NCBI GenBank assembly: GCA_051362555.1
Contig: CM120642.1
Location: forward strand, 18,786,001 to 18,850,000
DNA from: Lingula anatina
Taxonomy: Eukaryota > Animalia > Brachiopoda
Length of the DNA: 64,000 bases
Direction: 5' to 3'
The notes under the pieces: model-generated
Seen by the model: the letters and a program-made list of their open reading frames with translations, nothing else
Told to the model about the DNA's origin: nothing
The model's database searches: none
Part shown: positions 1 through 10,141 of the stretch, in pieces
Layout: each line of letters opens with the position of its first letter
How positions within the stretch are numbered: position 1 is the first letter of the stretch
Translations under genes and position numbers: made by a program

Positions 1-190
1 TACTTATTACTCTTATTATAAAATAAAATGATGAACAGAATAATCTAAATAGAAAAAAGTAAATAAAATGTATATGTTAATAATATATTATAATCAAATT
101 TGCGCACCACTATCAAACGCCACCCCCTATGAACAAGTAGACCATTAGTGACAACCGGAACGCCACTATGTGACTATATATCACTGAAGG

Positions 191-225
191 TATAAAAGCG
201 CTAAAATTTGAAATTGCGTTCATTC
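191..225 (+). promoter_or_regulatory. TATA box + Initiator core promoter
   Basis: TATAAAAG at 191-198 and TCATTC (Inr consensus TCAKTY) at 220-225. This places TATA at -31 from the Inr A (222), the canonical spacing. An ATG follows at 234. Confidence 0.55.
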
Positions 226-727
226 AACGCAGAATGATCTGGAGGAACAAGAAGGATACCATGTGCTGCGCCCCGTATCAAGCAAAAAGGACACTGGAGT
301 CGACTCGCATTTCTCCGAATATCTTCCTCATCCCAAGCCAACGCAACGCTCATCGTCAAATTGTTTCCTGCACACGCAGTCGTCTGGACGGTGGATTCGA
401 CGTTTCTCAAAGCTGGCCAGCTAAAGCCTTCGCTTCTCTCCTCGAAAAATCGTCGCCCAGGAATCTTCGCAGGATACATCGTCGTCGTCTTTTTGCTGTA
501 GGGGGCTATGTTGTTGAAGTGTCACTGTATATATTTCTATGCATTTCAGGTTTCTTCTTATTACAGGTCCAGAGTGCTGACAAAGGGAGAAAAACTCATT
601 AATCCATTCTTATTTTTCTGTTAACAGAACTCGGTTATGGCGATTCTAGATGGGGCTCACAGCTCACAGCTGCAAGGATGAGAAGACCACATCTACACTT
701 CAGATACTTCGATCGATCTATGGTGCC

Positions 728-940
728 AGCGAGTCCTGCCATGACCTGTGAACAAGGTGGCTGCAGTGGGGAAGCGTCCAGCGAGTCCTGCCATGATCTG
801 TCTACAAGGTGGCTGCAGTAGGGAAGCGTCCAGCGAGTCCTGCCATGATCTGTCTACAAGGTGGCTGCAGTGGGGAAGCGCCCAGCGAGTCCTGCCATGG
901 TCTGTCTACAAGGTGGCTACATTGGGGAAGCGTCCAGGAC
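728..940 (+). repeat. 52-bp tandem repeat (about 4 copies), same family as the 2.5-6.1 kb array
   Basis: Unit gtggctgcagtggggaagcgtccagcgagtcctgccatgatctgtctacaag is repeated. Confidence 0.9.
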
Positions 941-1395
941 ATATGGGGCTTCTATGAGATTGAAAACCCTTTAAGGTAACCCGTGTTACTGGGGAGATGA
1001 ATAGACTAAAATGTTTTTTCAGTTGCAAATTGTGGTATGCACTTTTCACCTTACTGGCCATTCAGACCTCAATTTTCCTAAATTCTACTAGTCTGAATCC
1101 AGGATTCATTGGCCGGAATACAAATCCAATAAAACTATACTGGGTTGCATTTTGATATCATTAATTACAGACCGCGATATTTTTAGAATCATGATGTAAC
1201 AGTTACATTAAAAATCAAATCAAATGAAAAGCTCTATTGAAAACTTAGACACTTAACTCAAAAATTCTGAAATATCTACTTGTCCAAACAATAATTAGTA
1301 TGTCACAGTCACTGATTACACAGAAAATAATAGAAATAAAGGTTGGTAATTCACTAAACAATCTTAGAAATAAATGGAACGTGTTACCGTTTTAG

Positions 1396-1563
1396 AGAAC
1401 AAAAGAAAAGGAGATGATTCCCCTGAAAACCGCAAAAACAAAGCGGCTGGACATCAATTGCAAGAAGTGCAGTGACCTGATGGTCCTGGGTTTGCTCTGG
1501 AAGAACACAGACGATGACTTTAAGGCTTTCTTCTCACAGTTTGGTGAAGTCCTCATGGCACAG
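1396..1563 (+). pseudogene. TARDBP: TDP-43 (TARDBP/TBPH) NLS + RRM1-start exon, frameshifted copy 1
   Basis: tttag|AG AAC AAA AGA AAA... reads [12 protein letters not shown], then after a frameshift [44 protein letters not shown]|gtacc. This matches TDP-43 (human DNKRK...[33 protein letters not shown]). Both splice sites are intact. No other TDP-43 exons seen. Confidence 0.85.
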
Positions 1564-2522
1564 GTACCATTGCTACTAATTTAGATCACTGATATGGGTT
1601 TCAACAAACAAGTTTTTAAAGTTAGTCTTTAATTTTATACCCAAAGTATAAAAGTGGAGCAGTCCCCAGTTATTACTGGTATCAAATGATAGGGATTTCA
1701 TTCTTTTAATAAAACTAATTGCTATTCTAAGTGTACTGCTAAGGCTGCAGACTCCTTTTGATACACAATTTATGAAAATCAAACTAGACAACAGTTCATT
1801 TTTATTCGTACCTTAAAATATTGACCTTTATCCAGATTAATAGAAAATCAGTAATATATATTTCATTTTAAGGTTCTGGTAGAAGAGTCCTTAGCAATGC
1901 ACTGTTATGAATCAGTCGACTGTCACTACAGAAATTATTTCCCTCTGCCATTAATCACACTTTTGGGATAAACGGCTTTTCAAAGTTTGTGCATTGGGGG
2001 AGGCAGGTAAAGGTAAAAACCAATGTAAATTTTTCTTTATATTTACAGAATTCAATGACCTGTACAATGGCTGGTTACTCCTGTTGGAGCTTCCACTTTG
2101 CCTGGGTGGCGATTCCTGTCAGGGTCCGCGTACAAAGTGGCTGCATGGGGGGACATTAGAAGCATATGGTATTTGACAGAAATGGAAACTTCCAAGCCAT
2201 AAAAGGTAACTTATGTTATTGGGGAGAATAAAACACTGAAGTCATTTTTCTTACCTTTTCATATAAAGCTCTCAGCCACATTAGTTTTACAGATCACTTT
2301 CACAAGACATCTTCCCTTTGACCAACTTCTGGAATGAAGACCTTTTTAAATTTAGTGGGTGGAGGGAAGAGGTAAAGAAGGAAACTCGTCTTAAATTGTT
2401 TTGAAGTTGAGGCAGATAGCATTGGCAAGCGCCTGGCCTGACGATGGTTCACTTGAACAAGGTTAAAATGGAGAAGGCGATATCAGCATATATGATTTAA
2501 AGAGTTTACATTCTGTTTACAG

Positions 2523-5500
2523 AACTCGAGATGGCTGCTTTTGGGAAACATCCATTGAGGCTTGCCATGGTCCGTCTACGAGGTGGCTGCATTGGAGGAA
2601 GTGTCCAGCGAGGTGGCTGCATTAGGGGAAGCCTCCAGCTAGTCCTTCCATAGTCCGTCTCTGAGGTGGCTGCATCAGGGGAAGTGTCCAGTGAGTCCTG
2701 CCATGGTCTGTCTGAGGTGGCTGCATCAGGGGAAGTGTCCAGTGAGTCCTGCCATGGTCTGTCTGAGGTGGCTGCATTGGGTGAAGCATCCAGTGAGTCC
2801 TACCATGGTCTGTCTAGGAGGTGGCTGCATCGGGGGAAGTGTTCAGCGAGTCCTGAGATGATTGCACTGGGGAAGCGTCCAAGGCATATGGTGTTTCACT
2901 GAGATGGAAAATACTTAAAGGTATTGTGCTATTGGGCTGGGGGGGGGGGGGGGGAGTGTAGAAACCTCATTAATCCATTTAACTTTCTGTTAACAGAACT
3001 CGAGGTGGTTGCATTGGGGAAGCATCCATCGAGACTTGCCATGGCCTGTCTAGGAGCTGGCTGCATTGGGAGAAGCATCCAGTGAGTCCTACCATGGTCT
3101 GTCTAGGAGGTGGCTGCATCGGGGGAAGTGTTCAGCGAGTCCTGAGATGATTGCACTGGGGAAGCGTCCAAGGCATATGGTGTTTCACTGAGATGGAAAA
3201 TACTTAAAGGTATTGTGCTATTGGGCTGGGGGGGGGAGTGTAGAAACCTCATTAATCCATTTAACTTTCTGTTTACAGAACTCGAGGTGGTTGCATTGGG
3301 GAAGCATCCATCGAGACTTGCCATGGCCTGTCTAGGAGCTGGCTGCATTGGGTGAAGCATCCAGTGAGTCCTACCATGGTCTGTCTAGGAGCTGGCTGCA
3401 TCGGGGGAAGCCTCCAGGGAGTCCTGCCATGGTCTGTCTATGCGGTTGCTGCATCAAGGGAAGTGTCCAGAGAGTCCTGCCATTGTCTGTCTGAGGTGGC
3501 TGCATTGGGGGAAGCATCCAGTGAGTCCTGCCATGGTCCATCTACGAGGTGGCTGCACCAGGGGAAGCATTCGGCGAGTCCTGTCATGGTCCGTCTACGA
3601 GGTGATTGCACTGGGGAAGCGTCCAAGGGATATGGTGTTTCACTGAGATGGAAAATACTAAAAGGTAATGTGTTTTTGGGCTGGGGGAGGAGTATAGAAA
3701 CCTCATTAATCCATTTAACTTTCTGTTTACAGAGCTTGAGGTGGTTGCATTGGGAAAGCATCTATCGAGGCTTGTCATGGTCTGTCTAGGAGGTGGCTGC
3801 ATCAGGGGAAGCATCCAACGAGTCCTGCCATGGTCTATCTACGAGGTGGCTGGTCTGTCTACGAGGTGGCTGCATCAGGGGAAGTGTCCAGCGAGTCCTG
3901 CCATGGTCAGTTTACCAGGTGACTGCATCAGGGGAAGCGTCCTGTGAGTGCTGCCATGGTCCGTCTACGAGGTGGCTGCATCAGGGGAAGTGTTCGGTGA
4001 GTCCTGTCATGGTCTGTCTATGGGGTGATTGCACTGGGGAAGCGTCCAAGGGATATGGTGTTTCACTGAGATGGAAAATAGTTAAAGGTATTGTGTTATT
4101 TGGCTTGGGGGGGAGGGGGGAGTATAGAAACCTCATTAATCCATTTAACTTTCAGTTTACAGAACTTGAGGTGGTTGCATTTGGGAAGCATCCATCGAAG
4201 CTTGCCATGGTCCATCTGGTGGCTGCATCAGGATAGCGTCCAGCAAGTGCTGCCATGGTCCATCTACGAGGTGATTGCACTGGGGAAGCGTCCAAGGGAT
4301 ATGGTGTTTCACTGAGATGGAAAATAGTTAAAGGTATTGTGTTATTGGGTTGGGGGGAAGGAGTATAGAAACCTCATTAATCCATTTAACTTTGTTTATA
4401 GAACTCGAGGTGGTTGCATTGGGGCAGCATACATCTAAGCTTGCTATGGTCTGTCTAGGAGGTGGCTGCATCGGGGGAAGTGTTCAGCTAGTCCTACCAT
4501 GGTCCATCTACAAGGTGGCTGCACCAGGGGAAGCATTCGGTGAGTTTTGTCATGGTCCGTCTATGAGGCGATTGCACTGGGGAAGCGTCCAAGGGATATA
4601 GTTTCACTGAGATGGAAAATACTTAAAGGTAATGTGCTATTGGGCTGGTTGGGAGGGGGGAGTATAGAAACCTCATTAATCCATTTAACTTTCTGTTTAC
4701 AGAACTCGAGGTGGTTGCATTGGGGAAGCATCCATCGAGGCTTGCCATGGTCTGTCTACGAGCTGGCTGCATCGGGGGAAGCCTCCAGGGAGTCCTGCCA
4801 TGGTCTGTCCACGTGGTTGCTGCATCAGGGGAAGTGTCCAGCGAGTCCTGCCATGGTCTGTCTGAGGTGGCTGCATTGGGGGAAGCATCCAGTGAGTCCT
4901 ACCATGGTCTGTCTACAGGGTGACTGCATCAAGGAAAGTGTTTAGCCAGTCATGCTATGGTCCATCTACGAGGTGGCTGCACCAGGGGGAGCATTCGGTG
5001 AGTCCTGCCATGTCTACGAGGTGATTGCCCTGGGGAAGCGTCCAAGGGATATGGTGTTTCACTGAGATAGAAAATACTTAAAGGTATTGTGTTATTGGGC
5101 TGGGGGGGGGGGGGGAGTATAGAAACCTCATTAATCCATTTTACTTTGTTTATAGAACTTAAGGTGGTTCCATTGGGGCAGCATACATTGAAGCTTGCCA
5201 TGGTCTGTCTAGGAGGTGGCTGCATCGGGGAAAGTGTCCAGCAAGTGCTGCCATGTTCCATCTACGAGGTGGCTGCATCAGGGGAAGTGTTCGGCGAGTC
5301 CTGTCATGTCTACGAGCTGATTGCACTGGGGAAGCGTCCAAGGGATATGGTGTTTCACTGAAATGGAAAATACTTAAAGGTATTGTGCTATTGGGCTGGG
5401 GGGGGAGTGTAGAAACCTCATTAATCCATTTAACTTTCTGTTCACAGAACTCGAGGTGGTTGCATTGGGGAAGCATCTATCGAGGCTTTTCATGGTCTGT

Positions 5501-6087
5501 CTAGGAGGTGGCTGCATCAGGGGAAGCATCCAACGAGTCCTGCCATGGTCCATCTACGAGGTGGCTGCATCAGGGGAAGTGTCCAGCGAGTCCTGCCATG
5601 GTCAGTTTACCAGGTGACTGCATCAGGGGAAGCATCCAACGAGTCCTGCCATGGTCCATCTACGAGGTGGCTGCATCAGGGGAAGTGTCCAGCGAGTCCT
5701 GCCATGGTCAGTTTACCAGATGGCTGCATCAGGGGAAGTGTTTGGTGAGTCCTGTCATGGTCCGTCTACGAGGTGATTGCACTGGGGAAGCGTCCAAGGG
5801 ATATAGTGTTTCACTGAGATGGAAAATAGTTAAAGGTATTGTGTTATTTGGCTTGGGGGGGGGGGGGGAGAAGTATAGAAACCTCATTAATCCATTTTAC
5901 TTTGTTTATAGAACTCGAGGTGGTTGCATTGGGGAAGCATCCATCGAAGCTTGCCATGGTCTGTCTAGGAGCTGGCTGCATCGGGGGAAGCGTCCAGGGA
6001 GTCCTGCCATGGTCTGTCTACGAGATGGCTGTATCGGGGGAAGCGTCGATTATGTCAATTCTCACAGCTCCCTCTGATAATTGCAAG
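2523..6087 (+). repeat. Higher-order tandem array: 10 exon-like units of 51-53 bp subrepeats, separated by 9 GT-AG mini-intron-like spacers
   Basis: Units mostly start (c/t)ag|aact(c/t)gag and end ...tggaaaata(c/g)ttaaag|gta(t/a)tg. Spacers at 2921-2996, 3210-3278, 3665-3732, 4088-4162, 4334-4401, 4629-4702, 5084-5155, 5380-5447, 5836-5911. Confidence 0.95.
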
Positions 6088-6089
6088 GT

Positions 6090-7090
6090 AACATGTGTTT
6101 TTGAAGGAAAGAAATAGACTATTATGATTTTTCCGTTGTAGTCTTTGCCATAAACCGATCAGCTTACTGGCCGTTTGGCCAGTTCTGTAAACTTTTTTTC
6201 TAAAATGGTCTGAATACTGGTCTGAATCGGGGTTCAGTGGTCCAAATGCAATCCAGTCCAGTTGTATTGAAATTTGTAATTTATTATTATTATTGATAAG
6301 GTCTTGACATTTTTAGTAGTGTTGACTTGTAACAGTTAGAAATTAAATTAAATCAAAAGCTCTTTTGAAAACTCAAACAAAAGTCAACTTTTTTAGTGGG
6401 TTGGGTGGAGGAAAGAGGTAAAGGGGGAGACTAATATATTATAATTTTTTTTAAGTTAGGGGAGTAGATAGCATTGGCGAGAGCCTGGCCGTATGATTGT
6501 CCATTTTCACAAGGTTAAAGTGGAGAAAGCTAGATCAGTATATGCGATTTCAATAGTCCTTGCTTTGTTGTGACACCACTGGGATTTAAAACCATTCAAG
6601 GTAAGCCATGGTGAGGGGTCAACAATGAACTAAATTGTCATTCATTCTATAGATATCTTTTGTTAACTTTGTCAGTTACATTAAAAATTAAGAATTATTT
6701 CAAATCAAAAGCTCTTTTGAAAACTCGGATCAAAATCTAATGGTCATAACACTAAATTCACACTTTCTGAAATATGTACTTGTACAAACAATAATTAGTA
6801 TGTCAGAGTCATTGATTACACAGAAAATTGAAATATTGATAAAACAAAGCTTGGTAATTCAGTAAACAGTCTTAGTAATAATTGTAAGTGTTTCCGTTTT
6901 AGACAACAAAAAGAAAAGGAGAAGAAACCCTGAAAAATCCCAACGTGAACACAAAGACGCTTGTCAACAAGAAGTTCACTGACCTGATGGTGCTGGTTTG
7001 CCCTGGAAGAGCACAGACGATGGAAAGGCTTTCTTCTCAGTTTGGTGAAGACATTATGGCACAGACAGTTTTCCAGAAATGATGCCGAAA
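6090..7090 (+). repeat. Diverged segmental duplicate of about 985-1570, plus a piece of about 2340-2520
   Basis: Shared blocks include cttactggcc, gtctgaatc, aaaagctc(t/a)ttgaaaact, ctgaaatat.tacttgt.caaacaataattagtatgtca, and agatagcattggc...acaaggttaaa.tggagaa. Confidence 0.85.
6903..7064 (+). pseudogene. TARDBP: TDP-43 exon, more degraded copy 2
   Basis: ttttag|ACAAC...AAGAAGTTCACTGACCTGATGGTGCTGGTTTGCCCTGGAAGAGCACAGACGAT...CAGTTTGGTGAAGACATTATGGCACAG gives KKFTDLMVL/LPWKSTDD/QFGEDIMAQ with several indels. The splice donor is lost. Confidence 0.8.
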
Positions 7091-9630
7091 GCAGATACCA
7101 TCAATCCTAGACCAAATGGCGCTAGCAACGAACCCTGTAGCCACTTTCATTAATTAATGATCGGACGTCCTGGCAGTCTTGGCTTTTAAGGGCACGGATT
7201 GTCTCCAAAAAATTAAAGAATATGGAATGGAAATGATAGCGATATACTGAATGTAAGAGGAATACAACCTAATATTGTGCTCATGGCTTTTGCATATTGA
7301 GAAGTTTTGCGATTCATGGGTCACGGATATGAGTCGGTGTAATTGCATTTAGTAAGTTATTTTTTCACTTATGACAGTGAACCATTTTATTTCAATAGCT
7401 TAAGAGAAAACCGAAGTTCAGGGTGATCATTCATAATTCCATAAATGATCAATTGAATAAGATGATTGGTGGTTCTGTATGGAAATTTTGTCTGCCTCTA
7501 CAGTTATTATAATAATTGTTTTAAAAAAATAAATTTGAATATCCAGATGTTTTATCCACATTCTAAATGCAGATAGATTTTTGCTTACGAAAACACTGGT
7601 ATCACAACCACTTATGGCCGTCTGTGTTTTATTTCAATCTTAGTGATGTAGTTATTTTTCAAATTTGTGCTTTTGATGATGTGGGATTGTCCGTCAGTAT
7701 AGCGTTTGAGAAGATCATAACCTGCACACTAACCATATCTCACAGCTGTGTAAAATCTGACTTGGTGTAAAAGCTTTTACATGAAGAGATTTTACATTGA
7801 TAGCTTGTGCAAAATCTGTAATGAAATATTTTACATTTGAGAAAATATTTCATTATATTGTTTAGCACAGTCTGCTCCTCGTGAGGGATGGCTGGGTGCA
7901 CACAGTCAGCTCTCAAGATTGAGGATCGCACATTACTAATATTACTAATATTATGATTTTCTCAAGTGTTATAGTTGACAAACATATCCAATTCATCACA
8001 TATGCACCATTTTCTCCGGATCAAAAAATTCACATTGAAATTTACATGGACGGTCATACAGTGTAATGTGAGATCTGAAATATTTCGAAGCAAGCTTGCT
8101 TTATTCTTTACTTGTATCATACAGTGTACATGTAGTTGCGATTTCAGGGCAAAATTACATTTGAGAAAGTAAACAGAGTCGTATGTCAAAGTTTAGTTTA
8201 CATGATTGAGATGCCCGAGTTATAATCATATTACCTGAATCTATTTTATGTATTTTATCATTAGAATGAACTATAGATTTAAGTTTTGATGGATGCTTTC
8301 ACTTGTAAAAGGATTTAGTCACTTTATTTATGACTTCAATAGCCTCGGTTTAATTATGTTAAGACTGTAGTAAAAGGCTTGGTGTACTCGATGGCAGCAC
8401 GCTGTCTAAACTGGACGATATTCTTGAACTGTAAGCTAAGGCGCCGTGCCGATAAAGAAACTATCATGTTATAAAGACTGAAGTATCCGGGCGTGGGCCT
8501 TTTCCCGGCATTCCCCTCGAAGGATTTAGACGGGTTTTTCCCCACGGCCCGCAAGCATCGGATAACCGCTTCCGACTACAAGGCCAGCTTTATCGGACTG
8601 TTTGCGTTCTGATGTTGGATGATAAAAGCAGGAATGAAAAATCTTAAAACTTTCAATAATGCTACCATTTATTGATTCATTGTGTTTACATAATTCATTA
8701 ATGGTTACTAAAGTATTTTTCAAATTACTGTTCACACTGTACATAATAGTTGAATAAAATCATATCAATACTTTCACTTTTTTGTTAAAAACGTGTACAG
8801 ATGACAAAATAATCACCAGACAGGAGTCGCATGTATGCACACCCAGCTCGTTTAATTATCAGTCGAAATTCTCTTCTCTTAATTTGTACCTTATCTCACT
8901 TAAACTTAATTTAAGATTTCGCGATTTCTTCCATAAAACCAGGCAATATTCTGGTAATTTTTAAAGACGGGATAAAGAAAAGAATTGTTAACACCATGGA
9001 AGACTCCTTTTTTCATCCTGCATCATCACTTTACGTTTTAACCAAGCTTTAAAGGCAGTAAACGTTTTTTAAACAGCTTTTATCCAAGTGCAGCGACTCA
9101 TTTTAATTTGATCTCGAAAACGGTCTTAATTTATCTGATCTATTACTTTTACTCTATATAATATCAAACTTGCTCCAAAAAGAAATTGATTTCCAATTTT
9201 TATAATTGGCTAAATAAACTCTTATCTTAATCTTGATGAATAGATTTTTGGTTTTGGAAACAAAGCTGCAGTGTTGCGTAGTTTTTTTTTCTCCAGGAAT
9301 AACTCGAGCCGATACCAAGACTTTCCCCAAGTCAAATTAGAGCCCATAGAATTTACTATCACCGATTTTTCTAAAGATGGGGTGAATAACAAGTGCGATA
9401 TTTTTGTATTTTTTTTTTTGTTAATTATGGCTTGCATTTGTGACATTAATTTGTTGAACAGACCTCACTTTTGCATAAAGATGAAGGGAACAGTCGAGTC
9501 ACCATAAAAGTCCGTAGTTTTTTCTCATGTTATCAGCATGGAGGCTGATCGAGATCTAAAAAGTTTGGTAATTAATATGACAGTGACACAATTTCAAGTG
9601 CATCGCAAGCTTTGCCATGTCACTGGCGAC

Positions 9631-9790
9631 CACCCTGAGCTTCAGAGATAACTTGACACTAACCTCTTCACTATAGCCTATCTTCATCGTGTCAAGTTAC
9701 CTCTGACCACATTCGATTGCCTCTGCCGACACGATGAAGATAGGCTATAGTGAAGAGGTTAGTGTCAAGTTATCTCTGAAGCTCAGGGTG
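9631..9790. mobile_element. Young MITE, 63-bp perfect TIRs, 8-bp TSD (hAT- or P-like)
   Basis: 9631-9693 is the exact reverse complement of 9728-9790, with CA...TG termini. CTGGCGAC is duplicated at 9623-9630 and 9791-9798. Confidence 0.93.
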
Positions 9791-10141
9791 CTGGCGACCA
9801 ACGTGCACTTGATTCTTTTATTTACAATGAATTTCTGCCTATTATCTTTTTATGCGTTTAAGAAATCTTCTTTTACTATTCTAATTCATCCTTTTCACTT
9901 AAACTAAAAGAATACAATAAATCAATAACACCAAATTAACTGATATACAGGCATACCTAAGAAAAACGATTTCTCAACAAAATATTTATTTGAGTAAAAT
10001 CCATTCTCTTTCCACAATTAAATAAATAAATAATAAAAGGTAAAATTAATGAAGGGTGGGGGAAAGTACGTAATGCAATGAGGTCATCTGAATTTTTATA
10101 TATATATATATATATATATATTATGCTGCCATAACATGTAA

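Larger units (their letters stand above)
234..7064 (+). pseudogene. Chimeric multi-exon pseudogene or lncRNA-like locus (ubiquitin-like remnants, repeated exons, TDP-43 exon copies)
   Basis: A series of AG/GT-bounded exon-like blocks on +: 628-975, 1396-1563, 2049-2205, ten units from 2523 to 6087, and 6903-7064. Stops and frameshifts prevent a continuous ORF. Confidence 0.45.

Noticed and set aside
2523-6087. CRISPR array interpretation of the repeat-spacer pattern
   Set aside because: The spacers are copies of each other rather than unique, the context is eukaryotic, and there are no cas genes.
2666-6117. Many overlapping ORFs (MAASGE..., MVALGK...) as real proteins
   Set aside because: They arise from frame cycling of 51-53 bp subrepeats, run through the intron-like spacers and contain frequent stops.
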